DNA from: Vicugna vicugna
Taxonomy: Eukaryota
Length of the DNA stretch: 64,000 nt
NCBI GenBank assembly: GCA_013265495.1
Contig: MU058636.1
Coordinates: forward strand, 744,001-808,000
Reading direction: 5' to 3'
In this document: in pieces, positions 13,601-28,600 of the stretch
Layout of the letters: each line of letters opens with the position of its first letter
Numbering within the stretch: the stretch's first letter is position 1
The notes under the pieces: model-generated
The model's database searches: none
Seen by the model: only the letters and a program-made list of their open reading frames with translations
What the model was told of the DNA's origin: nothing
Program-made: the position numbers and the translations under genes

Positions 13601-16600
13601 CTACTCACAGCTTCGATGGTGACAGAGTATGGCGTTCTTGTAGTGAAAACAAAGCCAAGTTTCTTTGCCCCTTTCACTAAAGCTGCTTCATCTGCCAATA
13701 AAAAGTCTGTATTAATGGAGATTGAGCAAACGTGTTGATGCTGAATTTAACTTAATGTAGATTTCTATTCTCCAGCACGAAAATATCATGTCATTCTTCA
13801 CAACTTGGCTTTGTTGATCACTTATCTGTGCTTCTAGGCACCAGACAGTGTTCATGGAAGGGGAAATTTCGTTAAGCAGGGCCTCTTTTGGTGGGACTAA
13901 GATAAATCCCTCAGCCTGGAAGTGAAATACTTTCTCAGTGCTCATTATGGTCTTGCTTGTTCTCCAAGCCATTAGTAGCACCTCCATAAAATGTTGCCTT
14001 GTGACTGATTATAACCCCTGTGCCCAGACCGCCCCCTGCCAGCCTTCTTGTGGCAGTTTTTGGATGTGTGGAGAGGAGGAGCCCCAGAGCTGCAGAGTGG
14101 CTCAGAGCTGCAGGTACCATGAATGCCCTGAACTGTCAGAATTTCAGAGAAGGAGAAAGGCAGGAGCCAGCAGGGGGTCAGCGATGGCATCCCCTGCCCT
14201 GCAGGAGCATCACCCGCGGGCATCCTGCATGCACAGCACCTACCTGGGGAGGAAGCCTGGTAGTTTATGTTATTCCCATCTCTCTCGGGAACAACAGTGT
14301 GGCACACGCAGAGCAGAGTAAGAAACTCCTTTATACAGGCTTTCGTGGGCTGCGAAAAAGGGACAGAGCTGGTGAGTCCCTTCTGACTGCCCTCTAACGT
14401 GAGTCACGCTCAGCCTGCAGTTAGCGCCAACTGAGGTTTCACTTCAGGTACACACAGAGTCAGACTCCAGCTGAAAACTAGATCATGCATCCAAAATGTG
14501 TTTGTGGAGTGGGTACTGAGTCAGGGACAGTGCAGGGGGCTGGGGAGACCCCAGGGAACACGATGGCTCTGCCCTCTTGGAGCATCTGTTCCCTGTGAGG
14601 AACCGTATTATGAGCTCAGCACTCAGCTCATAATACTGGTGTAAAATCCCTTGCTCACTGTATTATCACCAAAAAAATTTCGAGACTCTTTCTCTCTTCC
14701 TGTGCTCAGAAAATTACACCTTTTGGGAAACGATATGTACGTTTCAAAGTTACACAGCATTGCCCTGTCGGCATAGAGTGAAAGCAGCAGACTTACGTGG
14801 TTGTTCTTCAAGTTCCGCAGCAGTGTCGGGTCGTTGAACTCATAGGCCTCTGTGACGGAGCAGGCTGACTGACTGAGGAAGAACACATAAGATTTGTTTT
14901 AACTAAAAGTTCCTGGTGACCATCAGTTATCAAACAGCTCTAAACAGAACACAGCCCCATCTTCTGTTTTCATTAAGTCACACTTAGAACTAGTAAATAT
15001 TTCGAGTTCTGTCAAATTATACATCCGACCAGGCCTCAAGCTGCAAAATGCATTGGAAAGTGCCTAGAAAACTGTATAGTTATGCAGAGTTTGAGGCAGA
15101 GTGAATTGCCACCAAAGCAACCAATTGAAGTCTAGGTTTTGGGTTCTTTGACTATCAGATGGGAAAGATCTAAGCAGGGGAACTCCCCAGGAACTGCCAC
15201 TGGAAGTCTGGACAAGGGGGGCTGTGTTATTGTACATCAGAGCTTTGGTACTGATAAAAAGCCTGCTGCAAGGGAAAAAACACTGGCAAGCCAGGAAAGA
15301 ATGTTCTCTAGTTACCTTAACTTTTTTCCACCAGCATCACTTCTGCTTGACTGATCTCTAAGGGAAAATGAGAAAGGAAATATGACTTATTACAAGACTA
15401 TAAATGTAAAACTCTTAAGGAATTTGAATCATGTATAAAAGTAGATGTAAATCATATTTTTTAAAAACCTGCAAGTTTTCATCGAAGGTATATTAAGTTG
15501 CAACCTCATTCAGCCATAGCTATAGTATTAGGAGTTCAGATACGTTCTGCAGTAAATAAAGGCTAATTAATTTTGTTAAGGAACAAAACATGAGAATTTC
15601 CAACAGACTAGGGCAATAAAACACTTACCCATAAATTATACCGGCAATGGTGCACTTCTTTAATGTCATAATATTGCAAGTAAGGGTTCCTGTTTTGTCA
15701 GAAAATAAGTATTTCACCTACACAAAGAAGAAAGACATTTTTAAATTTAACTAAACAAAGAAAAAATTAACATGATAAACAAAATAAATTTAAAATATAT
15801 TTAGAGAAAAAAGATAGGATGGCATTCTTTCTCTTTAAATCCTCAAATAATGTGAATTTCTAGAAAGCAAGATGTTCAGTCTATAAGAATTCTATCTTTA
15901 ATTTTATACTTCTTTCAGAGGCCGTACTCTTTGTATTACACTGGAGGTGAAATTCTGTGGTAATATGCAAAGTAGGCTTCAAGTCATCAAACCTAAAAAA
16001 CTCAGAAATTCGAGTCCATTTTCCTCCCACAAGAAGTCTCATTAGAAGTATCTAGAGAACATTAAGTAGATAAAGACTGGTATACTGATACATATGTATA
16101 TCTCAGATGCAAAAGAAAACCAGACTTGAAGTCACTGTAATCATTATCACAAGCATAACGCTCATTTCAAAGACAAGTGGAAGTTCCGCAGGTGACCATT
16201 TCTGTTCAACAAATAATGCAAAGCAATATGCAATTAAACAGTTTCAAGATCTTTGTATTATTTGGAAAGAGACATGGATACAGACTAACTACTTGTTAAA
16301 TAAAGCCACCAAAAAGTGATAATAAAAGGCAGGAGCCACTGTCATTTAAAAGATCGCCAGCATCTGTCTGCGGGTAACCAGGCATCGATCCCTGCCTCTT
16401 TCTGTTGTGTGGCAGGGACTAGAGGCAGGAGGCTACATGTCTCCCAGTCTCTGGGCAGCAGGCTAGATTCTACCATTGAGAGGAAATTTCTGGAAGGTAC
16501 TGGAAGCTCTGTTGCTTCCCTGCTGGCAGCTGTGGGCAGGTGCGTGAGTTTGGCAGGTGTGAAACCGTGCAGCAGTCTCTGGATGCTTCCCTAGGGGCTC

Positions 16601-19600
16601 ATCTGCCTTAGGGAAGCATCTCCCTGAAAGCTAACGGAAACCCTGGGCGCTCCCAGCAGCTTTTCCTACCTGTCCCTCCAGCTCGTCCACCCTTCACAAG
16701 CACATAATGGTCTGTATTAAGTCTGTTCTATTTGCAACCCATGATGCAACACCATCAATCTTTTGAACAAATTGTACTCCTGAAGCTCTATGTGGGTGTC
16801 AAATTAACTACAGCCCCTGACCGAATTCAGCCCTTTCACTCTGCAGGAGCTCCCTCTAGATCCACCTCCTCTGAAGCGCCTGTCGCACTGACAGGAGGCC
16901 CTCTGGGGCCCTCACCTGCCCAAGCTCTTCATTAAGATTGGATGTTCTGGCCATGGCGTACACATTATTGGCCTTATAGTGCATGTCTTCATCCTGCAGG
17001 AAACAAACAAAACAGCCAAGCCACACAGTCAGAACCAGGCTCCAAATTTCTGCAGGAAGGCTGTACTGCCACTGATCCCCCACGCGCCTGACATTTAGAA
17101 AAAGGCACACTGGAGAGTCTAGAACTCCTGGTTTTGGACCACACGTGCTAACTTCTCACGTAGTTGGCTGAGTTGAATTAGGAGAGGCAACGCCACGTAG
17201 AAACAAATGGCAAGGGGGTGGTGATTGGAAGACGTGGCTGTCAAATCCCGGCTCTGCCTCAGACACGTTGTGTCGCCTTGAGTGAGTCTCAGCTACAGCA
17301 TCCACCAAATGGGAACAATAGGACCTCACAGCACTGCTCAGAGAGCTACTATAAAAAATAACTAAGAACACATTTGAAAGCACTTTGTCTAACGTTGTGG
17401 TTGCCAAGATACTATATCCCTTCAAATGATGGTAATTCATGGCCTACTAGGAGGACCGTGTTAATGTGACATCTAACAAGAATTTTATTGCACAGAACAG
17501 TATTTCACAATACAACTAAAAGTTGTAACCCCACACTCAAACCGGGAAATTTATTCAGCCACAACTTAGAGAGTATTAACCTCAGTCACCATGTGGCTGT
17601 CACCACGCAGGGATTCTGGGATGGCTTTGTCGCTGCCACTCTTGCCAAGATCTGTAAACCTCTTGTAAGTCTACTGGGCTCTCCCCTTTGCGAGTATCTT
17701 TAATGTTAATGGATAACCTTTTCTCTACACTTGCCACTAAGCCACTCCTAAATAGTTCCTATCAGATAGAAAAAATATATGAAGAAAATGGCGTCCTCTA
17801 TCTAGACTGACATAGAGAAGCCCAGGCACTGCTGCCTGGCTCCACACCAGTGCTGGGCTCTCCTGTCGAAGGCACGGCTGGTCCATCAGCTGCACTGCCT
17901 CCATCGTAAGAATCAGTCACGTTGATTCTTATAACCAAAGCCATAGCTCGAGAGAGTTTTTTTAAGTCCTGATTTTAACTCACCCAGTTTATAAACAGGG
18001 CCTGAACGTATTTCACAATTTCCAGAGTGACGAGCAGACTGATGGGGATGAGGTTGTGGTACAAGATGATGAACATCAAAATGTCAAACCCAAAGCTGTG
18101 GGTGTTGTGCTCTGTGGAAGAAAATCAGAGGAACCCCATCACGGCTTCAGGCAACATCTTTATTCATCTCTGCTTGCAGGATTATGGTTTACAATTGCGG
18201 AATTCCTCTCCAGGAACATTATTATTAAAAGTATGATGAAGTGGACACAGATGTAAAATGGTTTTTAAAATACTAGTCAAGCACCAACCAACCATGTAAG
18301 ACGGTGTGCGGGAAGCATCGAGCTACAATCTAACAGGGCATAGATCCTGCCCTCAGGGGGTCCCTCAGGGGACCTTGGTGCAGCTGGAGGAAGCCAGAGG
18401 AGTCAGGAGCGGCTGCAGCGAGTGAGCTCCGCGCTGTGCTGAACGCCCAGCGCAGCAGCAGCAACACAGGTGCGGGGCCAGGAAGGGGTCTCGGAGAAGC
18501 TGGTGAGTGAAGAACTGAAGAAGGGAATTTGATAAATGCAGGGGATACGGAGAAGGGGGTGAGGAGGACTTTTTAGCTGGAAGAAACAGTACGTCTGAAG
18601 CCAAAGAGATAACCACTATAATGACTTTTTAAACTCAGAGAAAGAAGGAAAAGCAAGCCCTCCTCAAAAAAATGAATACGATGCTTTGTAAAACCTAGCG
18701 GTGCGCCCATTTTCAAAGGGACAGTGTGTTTGAGAGAATAATATTCCAATAAGAATTGAACCTAATTTCACGGAAATTTACTTTAAAATATCTAGAAAGT
18801 GCTCAGGAGAGAAGAGATACATACACATTGCCTTACACGCATCTTTCTGAAAACTTGCATCTCAGTCTTACATATAAAACGTACGTAGTTGAGTTATGGG
18901 AGGAAGCGTTTTGTAACTGAAGAGCACAAAATGAGAAGTAAGTTGTAAACAAGATCAGAGTAATTAAACACAAATCAGTACAAATACAGACAAAGTTAAA
19001 TAATTTTAATTTTAAGTTAGAATTTTATACTCATTTCTCTAAATGAGTGCATACTTGTAATTTAGACGCCAAATCTAGGTTTCTAAATTTCATCAACCTA
19101 AATGTCAAGTTCAATTAACCATCACATACATTCAAATTCTTACCACCTTGAGTTGACTAATCCTCCCTTATTTGTCAGAATTATACCTTTACACTTACTG
19201 CATTACTTTATGGTCATAAATCATTCTCTTAAGAAAATCAGAGGCAGGTATCACTATGACCACTTTATGGACAGAAACAGAGACAAAATCTTTAGTATTC
19301 TGCTAAAGGTAATAGTTACTAAAAATGCAATTATAACTTTAACTACTCAGTATCTTTCTCTTCTCTTGGATTAGAATATTCTGGTCAGAGAAGTGTAGTC
19401 AGGACCCGATTATGGGTTCTTATTCCAAATACGCCACCAACTTCCTCTGTGCTTTTCGGTAAACACACAGACTGTTTCATTTTTGTAAAAGAAGGAGTTA
19501 GACTAGAAAACTTTGAAATTCTATTTAATTCTAAAATTATTTAGTTTAGTGAATCAATTAACTACTGAGTTCCTATTACGAAAAGGCACTGCTCTTGGAG

Positions 19601-22600
19601 TGAAAGATATAATGATTCCTGACCTCAAAAATTCACAACCTAGCAGGGGGGTGGGAGAGAGGAACAATAATTATAAAATATGGAAACAGAGTGACATGTA
19701 TTAAGAATATCATTACAGAACCCAAAGAGGGCTCCTAACTGGACAAAGGAGGGGGCAGGTAAGACACGGTTGCTGCTACCAGAGAAGGTAATGTTCATCT
19801 CGGTCTGAAATGAGATGAGGCAGGTATCCAGCTGCACAGAAGGAGCCCTGGACCACAGGCCTGGAGATGATGGAGCGGCTGGTGGACAGAAGCATCATGA
19901 GAAAGACAAAAGCAGTCCTCTGAGAGTAAAGACCAAGCGCTAAGGAGAAGCGGTGAGGTGTCAGGACACAGGGGTCAGGTCATAACAGTCCTGAGAAGCC
20001 ACGCGAAAGGAGGTTTATCCTGACCCCACAGGCCAGGAGTCCGGGAAACACTTCCTCTGACAGCTGGCGGGTAAGTATTTCAGGCTTTGCAGACCCTGCA
20101 GTCCTGTTGGAACTACTCAGCTCTGCTGCTGTAGCATGAAAATGCAACAACAACTCATAAATGAATAAACATAGTGTGCTTGTGCTCCAGTAAAGCTTCA
20201 TTCACAAAGACAAGCAGTGGGCCATCAGACGGCAACTTGCCACCCTAGCGCAGGCTCAGTGACATCACTGAGTCTACTGGACACATTCGTACCTGCTTTT
20301 TATACGCATCCTTCTGGAAACTGTGTGAAGGATGAATTTGAGTAGAACTTGACGGAGGGCTTGGCAACCAGTTAGGAAACCATGGTGGTGGTCCAAGGAT
20401 GGAGAGGAGAGTGCCTACAGAGAAGATGCTGGAAAGGCAGAAGCAGCGAGACTCTGGGACTGACAGGATGATGAAGGCCACGGGGCGGATGTGGGGAGGA
20501 GAGGTGGAAACTGAGAAGGAGGTAAGAATGACCTTTATGTTTCCAGCTTGGAGATGGTTGGATGTGGTACCACCATTTACATGGAGAACACTGAAAAGAG
20601 ACACTGGTTTGAGGGGAAAAGATGAACTTAGTTTCGTACATGCTAAGGTAAGAAGCCTCCACAAAATTTCGAGGATTTATGGGCTCAAGTTGAGGAATTC
20701 CTGATGGCCCCAAGATCCTGGAAAACACTAGCAATTAAAAGGTAGATCAAGGTTTCTATGAATCAAATAGGGAAAAAACGGGTTTCAAAAAAAAATCAGA
20801 AGCAAGCAGCAGAAATCCCATTAGATCGTGACTTTAAAAATGACCACTGGGTTTAGTAACTGGGAATTTACCCCAGATGTGGAGCAATTATTTCAGCAGA
20901 GTGGTTGAAGTCGACAACAGGTTGAAACAGGCCCAAGAGCGACCGGGAGGTGAGGAAATGGCAACAGTGTGGGTTGTCTCTTCTTTCAAGAAGTCTGATC
21001 AACAAGGGAAGAGAAGAGCATTTGTATGACATGCAGAACTTGACACATTTTATAGACATCAAAATGTCGGTGGCTTTTGTGAGTTTTTATGTCTGCTTCC
21101 AAATAATATGCATGCACCCTCTTGGAGTAGAGCAAATTAAACAAGAAAATTTAAAATGAGATTACTTTTTAAAGCTCATCTAAAATGTAGAAGCTCGAAA
21201 TCAAACCCAGACTAGTAACATCTAGAAACCCAGACTGTGTAAGAATAAATCCTTTATTTTTGGTCCAATTTACAGAGTCTATACCTTAGTTTCTTAATTC
21301 CTAAAATGCTCTCAAACAGATCCTTTCAAGGGAAGTTAGAGCAGTGATAGATTAGGAAGGGCAGAAAGATGTGTGATGGCTTACTTTGAAAACATGGAAA
21401 GACACAAACAAAACAAAGAAAAATGCTGAACTTTTAATGCCAAATACCTTTAAACCTCTTATGACAGGACACTCGAGCCCCTGAATCCCCCTCAGTGCTC
21501 CTTGTCCTCATTTCCTTGCACTATTCATTGTACATGAAGTGCTGTACTGATCCAAGGAGGTAGATATCATCCCCATTTTCAAATGAGGGAAATAATGCGC
21601 AGAGAAGTAAAAAACCTTGTCCAAAATCTTCTGGTGACTAAGAATCAAAGATGTGGCCCTCATCTGTCTGAGCCACAGTCTCATGCCTCTGCCCTGATTC
21701 TTCTCTCTGCTTTATTCCGAAATGCCAGGATTATATGAAATTGTCAGGACAATCTATTAAAAAAAATCTTAAGAAGGAAACGTTCTATTTCTAAAACTCA
21801 TTAATCTTCAGTTTCTAAAACAAACAAACAAAACAAAGCCACCACACACCAGTTAGAACAATAAATAAAAACGTGGGGAGCCTTTGAAGTCACTTTCCAA
21901 AGCAGCACAACTTCCAGAAAAGGCAGCTTCCTGCCATGCTCTGGTGCTTACCCTTCTTCATGATGTACCAGATGTCCACTCCATGCTTGTCCTTCCAGAG
22001 CATGCCTCCCACACAGCTCACCAAGGACATGACCAAGAGCAGCACGAACAGCACCAGGATCTGCAAATTGGTCACCTTCTCAACGCTGGATCTCTTGAGA
22101 AGCGACTTGACCGAATTCTGCACAGTAGCACACAACCACATACCAAAAAGGACAAAAAGCAAACAAAACAAGTGAATTATAGTGGGAAACATTTTTATAG
22201 TGAGAAGAGGTCAAAATTGCAGCAGTTGAAAAGTAGGAAAAGTAGGATATGTCTTTTGCCAAAAACTAACAGACTGAAAGTATGCCTGTGGTTTAATGAG
22301 CGTGGCTTTTCCACCTCAGTTCTTGGAGCATCATTCTCTAGTTCATAGAAAACATACTCGCATAGCAGATCCATCACCTCAAAGTATGAGGTTCCCAAAA
22401 AAACAAATATAGTAAATCTGACAGTCTAGGTGATCTTCTGAATAGCAAAACAAAAACAAAAACAAACAAACAGACAAAAACCTCACAAATTTATTGCTTT
22501 TACCACTTCTAGTTACTGAATTATTTCCAGTTTAAAAACCATGGACAGTCTCCCAAGGCAAAGGAAATCTAAGCAAAAATAAACAAATGGGATCTGATCA

Positions 22601-25600
22601 AACTTACAAGCTTTTGCACAGCAAAGGAAACCATATATAAAACGAAGACAACATACAGATTGGTAGAACATATTTGCAAATGATGCAACTGACAAGGGCT
22701 TAAATTTCCAAAATATTCAAACAGCTCATACAAACTCAGTATCAAAAAAAAAGCAAACAATCCAATCAAAAAATGGGCAGAAGACCTAAATAGACCTTTC
22801 TCCAAAAAAAGACACACAGCCAATAAGGCACATGAAAAGATGCTCATCATCACTGATCATCAGAAAAATGCAAATCAAAACCACAGCGAGATAACACCTG
22901 TCAGAACTGCTATTATTAAAGGATAGGAAATAACAAGTTCTGGCAAAGATGTGGGTAAAAAGGATCCCTTGTACACTACTGACGGAAACGTAAATTGGTG
23001 CAGCCACTATGGACAACAGCGTGAACGTCCCTCAGAAAGCTAAAACTAGAACTGCCATACAATCCAGCAATTCTATTTCTGGGTATTTATCTGAAGAATA
23101 CAGAAACACTAACTCAAAAAGACATCTCCACCCCCTTGTTCACTGCAGCATTATTTATAATCACCAAGATCGGGAAACAATCTAAGTGCTCATCAATAGA
23201 TGAATGGATAAAGAAGATGTGATATACGTATCTCAACACACAGTGAAATATTACTCAGCCATAAAAAAGAATGAAATCTCACAGCTGCAACAACATGGAT
23301 GGATCTAGAAGGATACTACACTGAGTGAAATAAGTCTGACAGACAAATGCCTGATGATTTCCCTTCTATGTGGAATCTAAAGAAACAAAACAAATGAACA
23401 AATATAACAGAAACAGACACATAGATACAGAGAACAAATAGGTGGTTGCCAGAGGGGACGGTGGTTGGGGGATGAGTGAAATCGGTGAAGGGTATTAAGA
23501 GGTACAAACTCTGAGTTACAAAGTGAATAAGTCATGGAGATGCAATGGACAGCACGGGGGATATAGGCAAATACATATTCTCAACTTTTCAGTCACACTG
23601 TATCAGATTAAAGTTACCATTTCTGTATTTTATTAATAGCTTAATAGAGATGAGCTTCCAAATTCAAGAGAATACTAAAGCCCCTCATTTCATAAAGGCA
23701 GAAGGAATAATCTAAAAGCAAGACTGTCATCATAGATGATTTTACCTGCATGAATTTGGTTTCCAGTCCAGTGTAAACAACTATGCCAAGAATCCACTCA
23801 GTATTCTTAAGCTGTGTCCCTCTTAGCAAGACCTGCTCAGGCCCAACTGGAACAGGGCTAAAAATTTAAAAACAAAGAGCACTTATAAACTACCAAAGTT
23901 TTTCTTTCTACAATGTAAAACAAACCTCGGCTTTCACCTTATAGATAGATTTCCTTTTGTCAAGATCAACTTTTTGGGCAAACAGCAATAGAAACAAACG
24001 TGTCTTCAAAAAATGTATCTATTTCTAAAAGAGTAGAAAAAACTGCTTTGTCATCCACGTCTCATCATTCCAAAGATACGTTGATAAAAAATTTTAAAGA
24101 GAAAAGCATCTTTTTTACCTAGGGTGACTACAGAAGTTGTAAGTTCAAGGGAAGATTAAGTGCACAAAACACAAGAAGGAAAAGATGATACCTGCTACCA
24201 TTCAGGTGCAAGGTTCCAGTGAAGCTGTTGAAATGACAATTAGGTCCTTCACATTCTATTTTTCCAGACAGGCTTGACAATTGCTTTTCTGTTTGCATTT
24301 CAGCTGTTTCCAACAAAGCCTACAAAATAAAATCAAAGGAAAAAATGAAAACAGAATTTTAATGGCAAAGTTCAATGTCTCTAATAGTTAATAAAAGAAG
24401 ATTATGAAAAGACAGTGTCTAAAAATGTATTGTGCTTACCAGACAATAAAGAATACCCATCAAATTTTAATATAAACTTTGAAGACTTTGGCATACCAGC
24501 ATGTTGCAAATAATTTTAATAAGGTCAAAAGAGGTACAAAAGTTAAGTTTTTGTCACCTCTATATGAAGTACCGTTTGTGAAATAATCATCACCATAACC
24601 AAATACTATGTAGCATCTGATGCATTTATGTCCATAGCTGTTGATGTGCATCACACTTGGAGTAGCAAGAATCTAGAACAATAACCCCAAACTTTTGTGG
24701 GTACCAGATTCACCTGGAGGTCTTATTAAAACACAGAGTTTTCTTATTCAGTAGGTCTGGGGTGGGGCTGCAGAATTTGCATTTTTAACATGGTGGTGTT
24801 GCGCGTCCAGGGTCATACTTTGAGAACCACTCGCCTAGAAAATGCCTCGTTCCAGTAAGATTATGTAACCTTCCAGAGAGAAAAGGCAGACCATCCTCAA
24901 GAGAATAGGAATCAAACTGTCACTAGTGTTTTTAAAAACAAGATACAGGAAGACAGAGGATTTTATTTTTAGGTATTTAAATACAAGACCTTTAAATCTA
25001 GAATGCTGCATCTTTCCAAATATCAAATAAATGTGAAAGTTTAGTACAAATATTCTCAAGCATGCATACAAGGTCTGAGAAGTGTTGACACTCAGAAACC
25101 TACACTGGAACAGTTTGGGATGAACTTCTGTTTGTTAAAAGATGCCTCAAAGAAAGTATAAAAGCAGTTACCAACTGGGAGAAGACATTTGCAACACATA
25201 TAACTGATAGAAGAATTAGTATTTAAAATGCATGAAGAAATCTTATAAATCTATAAAAAATAGAAATATCTCAGAAGAAAAATGAACAACCAACATGAAC
25301 AAGTATTTCCCAGAAGAGGAAAACATGTATAAGCATCAAACTCAAAAACAGATGCTCAAGAGTGATATACTGAGGCGGAGGGTGTAGCTCAAGTGGTAGA
25401 GCGCCTGCTCAGCATGCATGAGGTCCCGGGTTCAAGGCCCAGTCCCTCCATTAAGAAAATAAATAAATAAACCTAATTCCCACCCCCCCAAAAAAAAGTT
25501 CTTAAAACAAAAACCAAAGAGTGATATACTAATGAATGAAAGGAGAAAAAGCATTATTGTACCAATAGATGCTGAAAAAAATTAGTGGAAGATTTAACAT

Positions 25601-28600
25601 GCATTCTAGGAAAAAAAATTCTTAGTAAGCTTCCCACATAAAAAAACTTCCCAACTTTCATAAGAGAGAACTACAAACATTAAAAACGACTATCATACTT
25701 AACCATGAAGTATCAGAAGTATTTCTGTGTCAGTCAGGAGCAAGAGGGGACTAGGATCTATCACCAAGTTCATTTTCAATTGCTCTGGAGCTTCCAGAGA
25801 TGAGATGGGGTTGAAGGGTAGGGGGAGTGAGGTATTATCATTATTGGGAAGGAAAGACCAACAGTGACCCAAATTTTAAAGAAAGGATGTTCTGCCCTTA
25901 AACCCTACACGCTTGAGTTAAAAATGCTAAAAATGTGTAAGAATTTAGTAAGGTGGCTAAATATACAACCAGTAAACAAAGTAAGTACTAATGATGTACC
26001 TGCTAGATCTTGCTGTTGCTAATAAAACTGCTATAAACATTTGTATAAGTGTTTTTGTGTGAACATGAGTTTTCGTTCCTCTGGGATAAATGCCCAGGAG
26101 TGTAACTGATAGGTCGTATGACAGCTATACAAAACTGCCAGCGTGTTTTCCAAGTCACCCACAACATATGAGAGACTCAGTCTCCCCACATCCTCACCAG
26201 CATTTGGTTTCATAAATACTTTTAATTCTGGCCATTTCTGATGAGTGTGTAGTGACAGCATTTCCCTAATGGCTAATGATGTGGCGAATGTTCTCATGAG
26301 CTTATTTGCCATTTTATATCCTCTTCTGTGAAATGTCTCTTTTGCCCATTTTCTAATGAGGTTGTTTGGTGGGGTTTTTTTTTTCTTTTGTAAGATTTTG
26401 ATGGTCCTTTATTCCAGATGCCAGTTCTTTGTCAGACATGTAATTTGCAAATATTTCCTCCCAGTTTTTAATTTGTCTTCCCATCCTCAAAACAAACAGA
26501 AAAAAAATGTAATACAGTTTTGCTAAGTTTTAGCCATTATTTCTTGGGCAGAAACTCTTTCCTTCTCTGTCTCCCCTCCTTCCAGGCTCTGACGACATGA
26601 ATGTCAGCCCTTTGGTTATATTCCCACAGGTGTCCGAGGCTCTGTTCATTTTTTTTTTCAGTCTGTTTTCTTTGCTGTTAAAACTGGGTGGTTTCTGTTG
26701 TGCTGTCTTTCAGCTCACAGGTTCTTCCCTCTGGCCCTTCTATTCTGCTGTTGAGCCTGTCCCTAGAGGGCTTTTTGTTATTGTTGTTTGTTGGTTGGTT
26801 GGTTTGTTGTTTGGGTCTTTTTAGTTGTTGTATTTTTAAGTTCTAAAATTTCCACTTGGTTCTTCTTTATTTCTTCTATTTTTTTGCTGAGACTTTCTGC
26901 TTCTCTGCTGAAACTTTTTATTTTTCATTTGTTTCAAGCATGTTTGTGATTGCTCACTGAAGCTTTTTTCTATTGGATCCTTTACAGTCTCTAAGATGCT
27001 GCTTACTTCCTGTTATTTTGGTATTGGCATCATTGACTACCCTTTTCCATTGAGTTATAAGATCACTCAGAGTTCATATATACCTCTTTTCACTCTAGTT
27101 GTCGTGTTTCACCACGACGGCAGTTTTATCATCGAATCACTAACAGGTATATCCTCAAAACGACATGCATAAAGGTGTGTTATCCTCTATGACCTGAATT
27201 TTATAGGACGCATTTTTTCTTGCAGTCGTGAGTGACACATTCACATAGTTCCTGTTCATTATTTTAAAGGTACTCTTTAAATGTCTGATGAGGATAAATT
27301 ACATTCATTCAATAATGGTGAGACAATTTTCATCATAAAAACAATAACTGGTGCCTGACAAAACTTGACATTGTAGACTCGGGTATAAAATCAGAAATTA
27401 AAAAGGTATCTTATTGTAAAATGATTATAAATCAATAAAAAATGTTAAAAAAAACATAAAAAGGTATTCTTACCTGACGTATTTTTAGATTTGTCTCTCC
27501 ATCCAGATTAGATGTTGCAACGTAACATGATGCCTGAGGTCCACTAAGGAAAATAAAGCAAATAATGTTTAGTCAATATCTCTCCAACAAACTAGTTTCC
27601 CAATAATGGTAACTTCAGAAATGTGATCTACATCAGTAACGGTTCTTCAGAACTGACAGGACTACAACTACTACTTTGCCAGGGGATATTAGAAGTCTAG
27701 ACCTACAAGGCTGAAATTCACCTTGCAGAGTAATAGCTCAGTAGAAAATTTCCCACTGAGTTAGCAAACATTTGCCTTGTCAAAATTTCACTCCACGTTC
27801 AATGCAATTCACTTATGATAATGAAGAATTTGGGGGGAAATGTTACTACTTTCAAAGCATATTTTCATTTTTATTACCACCATATCATCATTCTAGTTTT
27901 ACAACCACTACGTGAGAAAGATAAGGGGGCTTCTTTCCTGAGAGATAAAAGAACCAAGAACACAAATAGAAAAGCTGTTCCAACTGATAAGGCATGTTCA
28001 TGTACCTCAGGTTTTTCCATTAGACCAACAGCTCTCATTTAAAAAACTTTTGCCTCTGAATTTGACCATAAGATATGCATCCCTCAGGCTGATAAAGGTG
28101 GTACCTATTTTTAAAATGTTTCTAATAAAAAAGACTATAATTGTTCAAAGAAAGTCAATTCCAGTAAATTTTTACATGTGTATCTCTTGTAGATTTGAAA
28201 AATAAACAAAACTAAAATTATTTTTCTGTGAAATACATCATACTACAAAAGAGTTTATAGAATGAACGTTTATATTTTAAGAATAACAATAAAATCAATA
28301 CCCACATAAACACAGGAGAAGAAATCAACTACTTACTGTAACTGAAAGGCCTCCCAATTACATTTTCCTCTCTCCATCCCAGAAACAACTACTATATTAA
28401 TATGTATAACAGTCATTCCCTTGCCTTTCTTTATAGTTTCATATCATATTTGTATCATTAAGCTATACACTGGTTAGTTTTTCCTGGCCTTGACCGCCAC
28501 ATAAATGCACTTAATTATATGTACAGCTTCTTCGATGACTTGTCTCTTCTCTTCAGCAATATGTGTTTGACATCCAACCATGTCAATGCATATAACTGCA

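Noticed and set aside
27100..27120. Hairpin GTCGTG-N6-CACGAC in a CpG-containing intronic patch
   Set aside because: Only a 6-bp stem. It may be part of an old DNA transposon, but I cannot support a family or RNA structure.
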